64,000 bases of DNA from an uncultured Candidatus Saccharibacteria bacterium (GTDB lineage Bacteria; Patescibacteriota; Saccharimonadia; Saccharimonadales; JACQNP01). Positions within the stretch are counted from its first letter, which is position 1. The number at the start of each line of letters is the position of its first letter. This document shows positions 25,863 through 35,574 of this stretch, in pieces. Made by a program: the position numbers and the translations under genes. Under the pieces are notes generated by a model that saw only the letters and a list, made by a program, of their open reading frames with translations, was not told the origin of the DNA and made no database searches. The stretch lies in NCBI GenBank assembly GCA_964610775.1, contig CAZSZC010000001.1:60017-124016 (forward strand), in the 5' to 3' direction.

Positions 25863-27062
25863 ATGGACCCAAATCAAAGTCCCCAGCAAAACCAGCAGCC
25901 AGAGCAACAGCCAGTTTCTCCTGTGCTAGCCCAGGCGCAACAGCCACAAGTAGTAGACAATGCTCAGCCACTACCACAACAGGTTATACAGCCTTCTGCT
26001 CAGCCAGTAGTTAATAATCCCCAAGTTATAACACCAGCACCGTCAATTCAAGCGTCTGAAGGTTTGCCTTTGTCGGACCAGTCGCAAGTCGTGCAGCAAC
26101 CTGGTCAGGTTCAGGCTAACCCAACTACCGCGCCAAGTGTAATTATAGATCAACCAATACAAGCAGCTCCTGATAACAGTGCTGGTTTATCAAATCAGCC
26201 ACCGGTAGTTACGGCTATGCCTGGGCTAGCTACTCAGCCAGTAGCTCCTTCTTTAGGGGTTTCAGCTCCTGTGGCGCCACAAAATAATGAAACGTCCAAT
26301 AAAAAGACCCCTCTTGTGACACTAGCGGCCCAGCTAACTTTTAGGGGTTCTGAAGAGCAAAAACCTAAAAGTCTAATCGCGAAAATATTTGGAATCATTA
26401 TGATTATTATTGCTCTGGCTGCAAGTGCAGGCTGTATATATGCAACACAGCATATTAAAGGTGCTCGGCAAGCTATCAAAGAATACTCTAACCCCTATGC
26501 TGCGAAGAAGGAATCTGACACTAAAAAAGCTATCAAAGAAAGTGGCCCCGATACTCAAAAACTAAATGGTGACAAGCTTGATTTATCTAAACTATTCGAG
26601 GCAAGCATTGCCGAGCACGCTCAGGATATAAAAGGAAAAGTTAAAGAGCAAATTAATATTTCAGACGGGGTAAGTTTTGCTGTTACAGGTATTGAAAGAG
26701 GGTGGAGTACGGGAGATGATTATTACAAGCCCAGTAAGAATAAAGAATACATAAAAGTAGCTGTGACTGCGGGATATCGTGGCAAAACCGGTAGTGGGTC
26801 TGTTTCAGATTCTAGCTTCAAGTTACTCAACTCTAAAGGTGGCCTGCAAGATAATAGATATCTAAGCGATAAATTATTGCCAGACAATGAGCTTTCATCC
26901 GGGTCTACCACACTTAACCCAGGAGATGCACATAGTGGCTGGGTAGTTTATGAAATTGATAAAGGTGAACAAGTGACCTTGGTTTATGAGAAAAAGGGCT
27001 ATAGTTATGCAGATGGAACGAGTAAAGAGTTTATTATGAAAGGATCGGTGGAGTTGAAATGA
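25863..27062 (+). CDS. Bitopic protein: long P/Q-rich N-terminus, TM, DUF4352-like extracytoplasmic domain
   Basis: About 165 aa of QQPEQQPVSPVLAQAQQPQ-type sequence, the TM IFGIIMIIIALAASAGCIYA, and a C-terminal beta-rich domain with SFKLLNSKGG...LNPGDAHSGWVVYEI, resembling DUF4352 (recollection). Confidence 0.5.
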   Translation: MDPNQSPQQNQQPEQQPVSPVLAQAQQPQVVDNAQPLPQQVIQPSAQPVVNNPQVITPAPSIQASEGLPLSDQSQVVQQPGQVQANPTTAPSVIIDQPIQAAPDNSAGLSNQPPVVTAMPGLATQPVAPSLGVSAPVAPQNNETSNKKTPLVTLAAQLTFRGSEEQKPKSLIAKIFGIIMIIIALAASAGCIYATQHIKGARQAIKEYSNPYAAKKESDTKKAIKESGPDTQKLNGDKLDLSKLFEASIAEHAQDIKGKVKEQINISDGVSFAVTGIERGWSTGDDYYKPSKNKEYIKVAVTAGYRGKTGSGSVSDSSFKLLNSKGGLQDNRYLSDKLLPDNELSSGSTTLNPGDAHSGWVVYEIDKGEQVTLVYEKKGYSYADGTSKEFIMKGSVELK

Positions 27063-27397
27063 TACTGACTGCACTAATATTCGCGGCATCAAAGTTTGAG
27101 CCATACAAAGTTGATCTAGATCCGCAGTTTGTAATACCAATATTTTACTTTGTGCCTCTACTTATTTGTGCGCTGCTTCATAAATATTCACCTAAGATAA
27201 TATATGCAATAGTAGGAGTTATTTTTACTGCGTGTGCAGCCTACCTCGCCTATATACTCTATCTTGACTACGCAATCTGGAAGTTTGTTATGCCTGTAAT
27301 TGTGGTTTTTGGCGGCCTATCTGGACTGTCAGGTTGGATAAGATTCCTAATGAAAAAAATTAAAAACATTGGTGATGACGACTCTTACTTTAGCTAA
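27059..27397 (+). CDS. Small 3-TM membrane protein
   Basis: 112 aa with three hydrophobic helices. ATGA overlap with the upstream gene suggests co-translation. Confidence 0.45.
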   Translation: MILTALIFAASKFEPYKVDLDPQFVIPIFYFVPLLICALLHKYSPKIIYAIVGVIFTACAAYLAYILYLDYAIWKFVMPVIVVFGGLSGLSGWIRFLMKKIKNIGDDDSYFS

Positions 27398-27430
27398 TCA
27401 AATCGTAGCACTGGTATAATTTAATATATA

Positions 27431-28516
27431 ATGCACGAAATTTCTAAGAAAGCTGGCGAGTTAGTCGGTCAGGTTGATGTAGTTGTACAGCAGCTGGACT
27501 TGGCGAAACTAGAAAATGACCTTGAAGCTTTGCGCAGTAAATCGCAAGCTCCTGATTTTTGGGATAATTCCGATTACGCTCAAGCAACTATGAAGCGTAT
27601 TAGTAAGCTTGAATCACGAATTGAACCATGGAGAAAGTTGCAGACTGAACTTAGTGAAGTCTCAGATCTAGCTGCTATGAACGATGACTCCGTAGAGGGA
27701 TTGTTAGAAAAACAATTGGGTGACATACAATCAAAGTTCGATGAACTAAAGCGAGGGCTTCAATTTTCTGGACCCTACGATGATAGTGATGCAATAGTCG
27801 GAATATACGCTGGGGCAGGTGGTACTGACGCTCAAGATTGGGCGCAAATGTTGTTAAGGATGTACGTTAGATGGACTGAGGCGCAGGGATATAATATTAA
27901 GATGATAGATGAGTCGGCCGGTGAAGAAGCTGGTATAAAAAGTGCCACATTTGAGATCGAAGGCAAATATATGTTCGGTAAGCTAAAAGGCGAGCATGGA
28001 GTACATAGGTTAGTGCGGTTAAGTCCGTTTAATGCTGATAACTTACGTCAAACAAGTTTTGCAAAAGTTGAAGTTATGCCAAAGATTGATAGTCCTGAGA
28101 CATTGGTAATTGACGAAAAGGACCTGAAAATAGATGTCTATCGCAGTGGTGGACATGGAGGTCAGAGTGTTAATACAACTGATTCGGCTGTAAGAATAAC
28201 TCATCTACCAACTGGTCTGGTTGTGGCTATACAAAATGAAAGATCGCAATTGCAAAACAAGGAAACAGCATTAACAATTTTGCGTTCACGTCTGGCTCAA
28301 TTACAAATAGAGCAGCACGCTGAAAAAGTATCAGAGCTAAAAGGTCCAAATCAGTCGGCAGAATGGGGCAATCAGATTCGTAGCTACGTGCTGCATCCAT
28401 ATAAGCAGGTAAAAGACTTGCGTTCAAAGTACGAAACTAGTGACGCAGAAGGTGTTCTGGACGGAAAGCTCGATGAGCTCATAAAAGCATATCTAGAATC
28501 AACCCTTGCTCACTAA
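27431..28516 (+). CDS. prfB: Peptide chain release factor 2 (no programmed frameshift)
   Basis: SPF tripeptide (RLSPFNA), GGQ (RSGGHGGQSVNTTDSAVRITH), and a contiguous 361-aa ORF. TGGTATAAT lies 10 nt upstream of the ATG. Confidence 0.9.
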   Translation: MHEISKKAGELVGQVDVVVQQLDLAKLENDLEALRSKSQAPDFWDNSDYAQATMKRISKLESRIEPWRKLQTELSEVSDLAAMNDDSVEGLLEKQLGDIQSKFDELKRGLQFSGPYDDSDAIVGIYAGAGGTDAQDWAQMLLRMYVRWTEAQGYNIKMIDESAGEEAGIKSATFEIEGKYMFGKLKGEHGVHRLVRLSPFNADNLRQTSFAKVEVMPKIDSPETLVIDEKDLKIDVYRSGGHGGQSVNTTDSAVRITHLPTGLVVAIQNERSQLQNKETALTILRSRLAQLQIEQHAEKVSELKGPNQSAEWGNQIRSYVLHPYKQVKDLRSKYETSDAEGVLDGKLDELIKAYLESTLAH

Positions 28517-28538
28517 TGATTTGCTATAATGCTTATAC

Positions 28539-29219
28539 ATGATTCTTTTTGATAGGGTAACGAAAGTATATAATCGCAGTAATACCGCCTTAGATCGCGT
28601 TAGTTTACATGTTGAGCCCAAGGAATTTGTGATAATTATTGGTAAAAGTGGCGCCGGTAAATCGACGTTATTAAAGCTTCTCACCAGAGAAGAGCGACCA
28701 ACTAGTGGCAAAATCGTGGTTGGCGGCGTTGATTATGACAAACTAAAAGATAGAGACATACCATTACTGCGTCGAAAGATAGGTGTTGTTTTTCAGGATT
28801 TTAAACTGCTTCCTAATAAAACGGTATTTGAAAACGTGGCTTTTGCGCTCGAAATAGTTGGTTTTGGCAATAAAGAAATTAACCACACGGTTCCGCGTGT
28901 TTTGGATATTGTTGGATTGAAGGGCAAAGAGCGTCGCATGCCAATGGAGTTGTCTGGTGGTGAGCGACAGCGTGTTGCAATAGCTCGAGCAATAGTGCGA
29001 CAGCCAAAAATTCTAATTGCCGACGAACCAACAGGTAACCTTGACCCGAAACATGCATGGGATGTTATAAAGGTCCTAGAAAAGATTAATCGTTACGGTA
29101 CAACTGTTCTACTAACGACACATAATCAAGATATTGTTAATAAATTGAAGCGGCGAGTTATTACTATTAATGACGGTAAGGTCGAGAGTGATCGAGCTAA
29201 TGCGGAGTATAAGCACTAA
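28539..29219 (+). CDS. ftsE: Cell-division ABC ATPase FtsE
   Basis: Walker A GKSGAGKST, LSGGERQRVAIARA, ILIADEPTGNLD. It is followed directly by ftsX. Confidence 0.9.
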   Translation: MILFDRVTKVYNRSNTALDRVSLHVEPKEFVIIIGKSGAGKSTLLKLLTREERPTSGKIVVGGVDYDKLKDRDIPLLRRKIGVVFQDFKLLPNKTVFENVAFALEIVGFGNKEINHTVPRVLDIVGLKGKERRMPMELSGGERQRVAIARAIVRQPKILIADEPTGNLDPKHAWDVIKVLEKINRYGTTVLLTTHNQDIVNKLKRRVITINDGKVESDRANAEYKH

Positions 29220-30163
29220 TGAGACGAGGGTTAATATCTTTCAGTCGTGTTGTTAGAGCTGGTTTACAGAACTTTGCGCGCAATTTAACGTTAGCGATTG
29301 CCGCTATGGCAGTCATGTTTATTACTCTTACTATTGTTCTGTTTTCTGTAATAGTAAACGCGACCTTTGCACATACAGTTCAGCAGATTACTGATAAAAT
29401 TGATATATCTGTTTACCTGATTGACGATATTAAAGATTCGCAGCGCGAAAAATTAATAAATGACCTAAAATCCATAGATAACGTAAAAAGTATCGAGTAT
29501 GTGTCGAAAGACCAAGCTCTTGAACTATATAAGAAGCAGAATGCCGACAATATCGATTTGCTGGTTGCAATATCTCAAACCGATAATCCGCTTCCAGCTA
29601 GCTTGCAGGTTAAGCCGAAAGATCCAAATAGAATTGATGAAATAAAACAATTCCTTGAAAAACCCGAAATCAAGTCTTTACAATCGGATGAAACCTCATA
29701 TTCTGGCGATCGAAAAGAAGCTATAGATAAAATTTCAAAGGCTACAAGGTTCTTTCGTGAAGCCGGAATAGTCGGTGTTATTATCTTCATGATGGTATCG
29801 GTTCTAATAATATTCAACACTATACGAATGGCAATATTTAACCGGCGTGATGAATTAACGATAATGCGATTATTGGGTGCCGGTACCTGGTATATAAGAG
29901 GACCGTTTATAGTTGAGACAGTAATATACGGAATAATTGCTGGAACTTTGTCGATTGTGGCAGTCGGCTCAATGTTTGCTGTTTCATCAAACGCATTTGA
30001 TGCTAGTAGTCTTGGATTACTAGATATTAAGTTTGCCAGTGATTATTTTGCAAACCATTTCGCTACAATAGTGCTGGTACAGATAAGTATAGGTGTGATT
30101 ATTGGTGCTTTTTCGTCTTTCATCGCAACCAGGCGCTATCTTAAGTTTAAGAGTTCAAAATAG
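29219..30163 (+). CDS. ftsX: Cell-division permease-like protein FtsX
   Basis: N-terminal TM, an extracytoplasmic domain (..YVSKDQALELYKK..NPLPASL), then a C-terminal 3-TM FtsX bundle (R.DELTIMRLLGA). TAATG overlap with ftsE. Confidence 0.85.
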   Translation: MRRGLISFSRVVRAGLQNFARNLTLAIAAMAVMFITLTIVLFSVIVNATFAHTVQQITDKIDISVYLIDDIKDSQREKLINDLKSIDNVKSIEYVSKDQALELYKKQNADNIDLLVAISQTDNPLPASLQVKPKDPNRIDEIKQFLEKPEIKSLQSDETSYSGDRKEAIDKISKATRFFREAGIVGVIIFMMVSVLIIFNTIRMAIFNRRDELTIMRLLGAGTWYIRGPFIVETVIYGIIAGTLSIVAVGSMFAVSSNAFDASSLGLLDIKFASDYFANHFATIVLVQISIGVIIGAFSSFIATRRYLKFKSSK

Positions 30164-30228
30164 GTAACAACATACTAAATGAAGCTAAATTGCAAAGACT
30201 TGTGTCTTATGTTAATATTAAACAGGTT

Positions 30229-31419
30229 ATGCTAAAACAAAAAGCTCAACCGGTTATAAGAAGTTTAGGCACAAACATGCTTGTTCTTGTGTTGTTGCTA
30301 GTTTTTACCGGAAGTTTCTTAATAACACCTCTTGTAAAAGCCGATAAGTTTGATGAACAAATTAAGCAATTGTCAGCTGAAAATCAACAAAAGAAGGAGC
30401 AAGTTAACTCACTGGCCATAGAAGCTAGTAGTATTCAAGATACCATTTCTAAGTTGGAGGCACAGATAAGTGGTCTACAGGCTCAGATTACTGCTAATCA
30501 AGCCAAGAATGAAAAACTAAAATCCGAAATAGATATTGCACAAAAAGAACTGGACAAACAAAAGAAGCTTTTGGGTGAAAATATTAAAGCTATGTATTTA
30601 GAAGGGCAGATAAGTACACTCGAAATGCTGGCATCAAGTAAAGATCTGAGCGAGTTTGTTGATAAAGAGCAATATCGTGATGCTGTGAAGAGTAAAATCA
30701 AGACTTCACTGGACAGAGTAACCGATCTAAAGACTCAGCTTAAGAATCAAAAAGAAGCTGTTGAAAAACTTTTGGCAGAACAGCAGTCACTGCGTAGTCA
30801 GGTTGCTTCACAGCGGGCTCAGCAGGAAAGGCTTTTGTCTCTAAACCAGTCACAGCAAGACAGTTTCAATCAAGATATCCAGGCTAATCAAGATAAAATC
30901 AAAGAACTAAAGCGTCAGCAGGTGCTAGAAAACGTTAAGCTTTTTGGTGGTGGTGTTCAGCCTGGTATTCCTGGGGGTGGTGGTTATCCATGGGGTAACG
31001 CTTACTGTGCGCACACGGGTCAGGTTGGTGGTGATTGTTGGAATTACGACTGGGAATTTAATGGTAGTCCTTGGGATTCATGGGGTTATGGTTTTCGTAA
31101 CTGTACAAGTTGGGTTGCATATAAGTTGGCTTCCGATGGCAAAGTAGGCTTTACGTACTTAGGAAATGCAACTAACTGGCCTAGTGGAGCAGCGGCAAGA
31201 GGCATAGCTGTTTCATATGGTTCTGGTGCTAGGCCCGGTGATGCAGCTGTTAGGCAAAGTGGATATTACGGACATGTAATGTATGTGGAGGCTGTGACTG
31301 GTGACGGCCAGGTAATTGTCAGTGACTACAACCGTATGGGCGATGGTTTATATCGTGGTCCAGATGGTGGTAGTGCGGCAGTGCTGAGTCAATCTGGTTT
31401 GGCTTTCATCCATTTCTAA
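30229..31419 (+). CDS. Secreted coiled-coil + CHAP-domain peptidoglycan hydrolase (PcsB/CwlO-like FtsEX partner candidate)
   Basis: Signal/TM segment MLVLVLLLVFTGSFLITPLVKA, about 190 aa of heptad-rich coiled coil, and a C-terminal CHAP-like domain with NCTSWVAYKL (Cys) and GHVMYVEAV (His). The track ORF starts at TTG 30190. ATG 30229 is preferred because it has TGtTAATAT 10 nt upstream. Confidence 0.75.
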   Translation: MLKQKAQPVIRSLGTNMLVLVLLLVFTGSFLITPLVKADKFDEQIKQLSAENQQKKEQVNSLAIEASSIQDTISKLEAQISGLQAQITANQAKNEKLKSEIDIAQKELDKQKKLLGENIKAMYLEGQISTLEMLASSKDLSEFVDKEQYRDAVKSKIKTSLDRVTDLKTQLKNQKEAVEKLLAEQQSLRSQVASQRAQQERLLSLNQSQQDSFNQDIQANQDKIKELKRQQVLENVKLFGGGVQPGIPGGGGYPWGNAYCAHTGQVGGDCWNYDWEFNGSPWDSWGYGFRNCTSWVAYKLASDGKVGFTYLGNATNWPSGAAARGIAVSYGSGARPGDAAVRQSGYYGHVMYVEAVTGDGQVIVSDYNRMGDGLYRGPDGGSAAVLSQSGLAFIHF

Positions 31420-31483
31420 GTTTTCTGTCGTAGCATAGATGTGAATGTGTAATAATAAACTGGTCAAAACATAGGAGGAATTA

Positions 31484-32710
31484 GTGTATAAAGAGGTAGT
31501 GTCCGATAAACCAAAGCGTCCGAAATGGCTTAAAACATTATTAATTACACTTGGAGTGGCTGGAGTTTTTCTGCTTGGGCTGTATATTGGAAATGGCAAC
31601 ATAGCATTTGGATCGATTAATCTTAAGAAAAATAACCAAAATACTTCTAAGTTACCGGCAAATCTTAATTACACTTCAGTTGAACAGTTATATGATGCAC
31701 TAAAGTTGAGCTACGATGGTGAACTAGACCAAGCGAAGCTAGTTGACGGTATGAAGAAAGGACTGGTTGAGGCAGCTGGCGACCAGTACACGGAATATCT
31801 TAATGAAAAAGAATCAAAAGATTTCAACGACAGTCTTAATGGTACATTTAGTGGCATTGGTGCGGAATTAAGTAAGGACAACGATGCGATTGTAATAATT
31901 GCACCTATTTCTGGTTATCCTGCAGATAAGGCAGGGCTAAAGGCGAAAGATGTAATAGTTAAAATTAATGATGAAAATGCTACAAATATGTCAGTTTCTG
32001 ACGCAGTTAAAAAAATACGTGGGCCAGAAGGAACTAGTGTAAAACTTAAAATTATACGTGGTGGCACTGAGGAAAAAGAGTTTACAATTAACAGAGAAAA
32101 AATAACTATTCCTAGTGTTGAATCAAGTATCGATAGTAACAATATTGGCTACATAAAAATAAGTCGCTTTGCTGAAGATACTAGTGCATTGACCGAAAAA
32201 GCAGCCCAAGACTTCAAAGCCAAAAACGTTAAGGGTATCGTAGTCGATTTGCGCAATGATCCGGGTGGACTACTAGATGCTGCCGTTGATGTTTCAAGTC
32301 TTTGGCTGGACAAGAATGCGCTAATACTACAAGAAAAGCGTGGTGATCAAGTAGTTAAAACTTACAAAGCCAAAGGTGGCCAAGTTCTAAAGGGAATTCC
32401 AACCGTTATTTTGATAAACGAAGGTAGTGCCAGTGCCAGCGAAATTACTGCGGGGGCCTTAAGGGACAACAAAGTGGCTACTTTAATGGGTGTAAAATCG
32501 TTTGGTAAGGGCAGTGTGCAGCAATTGGCTGACTTGCGTGGCGGCGGCGTTCTGAAGGTAACGGTCGCAAAATGGTATACACCGGCAGGTAAGAATATCA
32601 ATAAGGAAGGCATTGAACCAGACACAAAGGTTGAATTGACTGAAGACAACGCGAAAAACAAGCAAGACCCCCAAAAAGACGCCGCCATTGAATATATAAA
32701 CAAGAATTAG
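31484..32710 (+). CDS. ctpA: S41 C-terminal processing (tail-specific) peptidase with PDZ
   Basis: F.GIG.......I.....GYPA.KAGL...D.I..I (PDZ), DLRNDPGGLLD, INEGSASASEI (catalytic Ser), and GVKSFGKGSVQ (Lys). GTG start 6 nt after AGGAGG. Confidence 0.85.
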   Translation: MYKEVVSDKPKRPKWLKTLLITLGVAGVFLLGLYIGNGNIAFGSINLKKNNQNTSKLPANLNYTSVEQLYDALKLSYDGELDQAKLVDGMKKGLVEAAGDQYTEYLNEKESKDFNDSLNGTFSGIGAELSKDNDAIVIIAPISGYPADKAGLKAKDVIVKINDENATNMSVSDAVKKIRGPEGTSVKLKIIRGGTEEKEFTINREKITIPSVESSIDSNNIGYIKISRFAEDTSALTEKAAQDFKAKNVKGIVVDLRNDPGGLLDAAVDVSSLWLDKNALILQEKRGDQVVKTYKAKGGQVLKGIPTVILINEGSASASEITAGALRDNKVATLMGVKSFGKGSVQQLADLRGGGVLKVTVAKWYTPAGKNINKEGIEPDTKVELTEDNAKNKQDPQKDAAIEYINKN

Positions 32711-32733
32711 TAACTCGATGTTATAATTGCTTT

Positions 32734-33363
32734 ATGTCAAAATATCCCGAAATTCGAATTAAAGATGCCTGGCTTTTACGAGAAAATGCCTCTAAACATT
32801 TGCATGAACTGTGGGGTAAAGATACGCAATTAGCTGACGATGCCTGGATGGAGAATCGCGTTAAACAGTATCAGAAAGCTTGGCAGACATACGAAAAAAA
32901 GATACTAAATGGCATGTGTGATTTGCTCGGGTTATCTTTTCGTCAAAATGTTATTGATGTATACATAGCACCTTGGTTCGGGGCATTTAGTGATCCATTA
33001 GTTATAGGAGTTATGCGCGAACCTGATCAATTTGTCGATACGCTCACTCACGAACTTATACATCGTCTTTTGACTGATAATAGTAGTATTCCATATGAGA
33101 CAAAATTATTTCCAAATTGGCAAAAACTTTTTGGCAAGAATCATTCATTTACGACTATCGTCCATATACCGGTACATGCAGTACATAAAGCAATATATTT
33201 AGATATACTAAATGAACCCGAAAGACTAGAACGCGATAAAAAAAGTGACATTCAACACAATGCAAAAGACTATATTGCGTCATGGCAGTATGTAGATAGC
33301 AATGATTACCAAATAATTATTGAAAAATTGAGAAACAGTTATAAACATCTAGCAGATAAGTAA
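32734..33363 (+). CDS. Hypothetical protein with HExxH motif (possible metallopeptidase-like)
   Basis: LTHELIHRLL is the only recognisable motif. TGtTATAAT lies 6 nt upstream of the ATG. Confidence 0.4.
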   Translation: MSKYPEIRIKDAWLLRENASKHLHELWGKDTQLADDAWMENRVKQYQKAWQTYEKKILNGMCDLLGLSFRQNVIDVYIAPWFGAFSDPLVIGVMREPDQFVDTLTHELIHRLLTDNSSIPYETKLFPNWQKLFGKNHSFTTIVHIPVHAVHKAIYLDILNEPERLERDKKSDIQHNAKDYIASWQYVDSNDYQIIIEKLRNSYKHLADK

Positions 33364-33506
33364 CACTCTAGACCCTGGGAATTCCTGACGAAACAGACCA
33401 ATGTAGCTTGTCGTGCAGATGTTTATGCTGAAATGTAGTTAAAAACTGTTTTCAAGAACGAAGTTCTTGTGGTAGTATCTCTTGGTAATGAGGGAGCTAA
33501 CACGAG

Positions 33507-35117
33507 GTGGCAAAGCCGACTAAGTATGTATTTGTAACGGGTGGTGTACTTTCTGGATTAGGAAAGGGTATCACTGCCGCCTCAATCGGAAATCTCCTCA
33601 AAGCTCGTGGCCTAAAAGTAAACATCCAAAAGTGCGATCCATATCTTAACGTTGACGCAGGGTTACTAAACCCGGCTGAGCATGGTGAGTGTTTTGTGAC
33701 TCATGATGGCGCAGAGACAGATTTAGACCTTGGACACTATGAACGATTTCTTGACCAAGAATTAACCAGAGGTAGCTCTTTAATGAGTGGTCGAGTACTG
33801 TTGAATGTTATTCAGGACGAGCGATTTGGCAGATACGAGGGCAAAACAGTACAATTTATTCCGCATGTGACCAAAGCTATTCAAGAGGAGATCCTTAAAG
33901 TTTCTAAGGGATTTGATGTTCATATTGTTGAAATCGGTGGAACAGTTGGCGACTATGAGGGTTTAAGTTTTATTGAAGCTATACGTGAACTTGGGTTTCG
34001 AGTTGGGCGCGAGAATTGCGTATTTGTACATGTAGTTTATGTTCCATATCTTGGTGCAAGTAACGAGTTCAAGACCAAGCCAGCCCAAAATGCCGTGCGT
34101 GAACTCAGGGGTCTTGGCATAGTGCCTGATGTACTGGTTGTACGAAGTGAAGAAACAGCTCCTAAATCGGCGATCAATAAGCTAAGCATGTTTTCGGGAG
34201 TAGCACCCGAGGCCATATCTTTACTGCCTAACGCATCATCAATTTATGAGGTGCCGCTTACACTAGAGGATGCTGGAATAGCGGGAGTTATTGCTAATAA
34301 ACTTGATCTAAAGATGCATAAAGCCAACTTGAAAGAGTGGCGCGCTGTGGTGAAGCGAGCCGTAAATAATAATCCAAAGCATAAACTAACAATTGGTGTT
34401 GTAGCTAAATACATGGATAACACCGATACTTACATGTCGGTCTTTGAGGCATTAAAGTCGGCAGCAATGTGGAACGATACGAAACTCGAGATTAAGTGGA
34501 TTGATGCTGAAAAAATTAAGAAAGATAAAGATATAGGCAAAGAGGCCAAGAACATTGATGGTTTAGTGGTACCTGGTGGTTTTGGTACCCGTGGTCTCGA
34601 AGGTAAAATTGCAAGTGCGCAATACGCCCTTAAAGAGTCAGTACCTTACTTAGGTCTTTGTTTAGGGATGCAGATGGCCGTGATCGCAGCTGCTAGGAAT
34701 TATGGCATTAAAAAAGCTACTTCCATAGAGCTAGATCCAAAGAGTGATGAAAAGGTTATAGACGTCATGGAAGGTCAAGAAGGAAAACAAAACACTGGGG
34801 GCACCATGAGGCTTGGTGATTATCCATGCAAAATTGCTAAGGACAGCAGGGTTGCTAAAATGTACGGAACAACCAGTATAACAGAGCGTCATCGTCATCG
34901 ATGTGAGGCTAATAATAAGTATCGTGATGAGTACGAGTCATGGGGAATACGTGCAGTCGGTACATCTCCTAATGGTAGTTTAGTAGAAATAATAGAAGCA
35001 ATTGATCATCCATTTTTTGTTGCAAGCCAATTTCACCCAGAGTTCAAATCTCGCCCAAATAGACCACACCCAATGTTCGATGGGTTTATAAAAGCCATCT
35101 TGCAAAATACTAAGTAA
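33507..35117 (+). CDS. pyrG: CTP synthase
   Basis: KYVFVTGGVLSGLGKG, DPYLNVDAG.L.P.EHGE.FVT.DG.ETDLDLGHYERF, and a glutaminase domain with GLCLGMQ and HRHR.E.N. GTG start with GAGGGAG SD. Confidence 0.95.
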   Translation: MAKPTKYVFVTGGVLSGLGKGITAASIGNLLKARGLKVNIQKCDPYLNVDAGLLNPAEHGECFVTHDGAETDLDLGHYERFLDQELTRGSSLMSGRVLLNVIQDERFGRYEGKTVQFIPHVTKAIQEEILKVSKGFDVHIVEIGGTVGDYEGLSFIEAIRELGFRVGRENCVFVHVVYVPYLGASNEFKTKPAQNAVRELRGLGIVPDVLVVRSEETAPKSAINKLSMFSGVAPEAISLLPNASSIYEVPLTLEDAGIAGVIANKLDLKMHKANLKEWRAVVKRAVNNNPKHKLTIGVVAKYMDNTDTYMSVFEALKSAAMWNDTKLEIKWIDAEKIKKDKDIGKEAKNIDGLVVPGGFGTRGLEGKIASAQYALKESVPYLGLCLGMQMAVIAAARNYGIKKATSIELDPKSDEKVIDVMEGQEGKQNTGGTMRLGDYPCKIAKDSRVAKMYGTTSITERHRHRCEANNKYRDEYESWGIRAVGTSPNGSLVEIIEAIDHPFFVASQFHPEFKSRPNRPHPMFDGFIKAILQNTK

Positions 35118-35135
35118 TCTGATAGCATAAGCGTC

Positions 35136-35519
35136 ATGGATGCACAAAATCAAAAAAAGGTTTTATTAGTAGAAGACGATGATGCGCTAGCTAGTGTTTA
35201 TCAGACTAGATTGCAAGCAGAGGGTTTCGATGTACAGCGCGTTCCAAATGGCGAAGACGCATTGGCAAAGACGCTTGAATACAAGCCAGATTTAATGTTA
35301 CTCGATGTCATGATGCCTAAGGTCAGTGGCTTTGATGTTTTAGATATTCTTCGAAATACACCCGAAACAGCTAATCTCAAAGTTATTATGCTAACAGCCC
35401 TAAGTCAGGACGCTGATAAAGAACGTGCCGAGAGTCTTGGCGTTGACGACTATCTAGTAAAATCACAAGTAGTTATTGCCGATGTTGTCGAAAAGATCAA
35501 GCAACATCTAGGTGTCTAG
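35136..35519 (+). CDS. Stand-alone response-regulator receiver domain (CheY-like), canonical residues intact
   Basis: VLLVEDDD, DLMLLDVMMP (phospho-acceptor Asp), MLTA (Thr), YLVKS (Lys). No output domain and no kinase nearby. Confidence 0.85.
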   Translation: MDAQNQKKVLLVEDDDALASVYQTRLQAEGFDVQRVPNGEDALAKTLEYKPDLMLLDVMMPKVSGFDVLDILRNTPETANLKVIMLTALSQDADKERAESLGVDDYLVKSQVVIADVVEKIKQHLGV

Positions 35520-35574
35520 TACCGAGTCCATTGTATTGAAATAACGAACTGTAGCATAGTACTATAGAGCGATA

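Noticed and set aside
25863-26360. The P/Q-rich coding region, and the ACAAAAA tracts elsewhere, considered as a possible tandem-repeat or CRISPR-like array.
   Set aside because: There are no exact direct repeats with regular spacers at the DNA level. It is compositional low complexity within an ORF, not a repeat array.
27431-28516. Looked for the programmed +1 frameshift (CUU UGA C) typical of prfB, and for signs of UGA recoding as in some CPR lineages.
   Set aside because: The RF2 ORF is contiguous from ATG 27431 with SPF and GGQ motifs. TGA terminates many well-supported genes here (e.g. 10671-10673, 45124-45126). There is therefore no frameshift site and no evidence for code 25.
33453-33469. 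Hairpin CAAGAAC-gaa-GTTCTTG upstream of pyrG, considered as a terminator or pyrimidine-sensing attenuator.
   Set aside because: It has only a 7-bp stem and no U-tract. It sits upstream of the likely pyrG -10 (TGgTAGTAT, 33470-33478), so it would not be in the pyrG leader. The evidence is insufficient.
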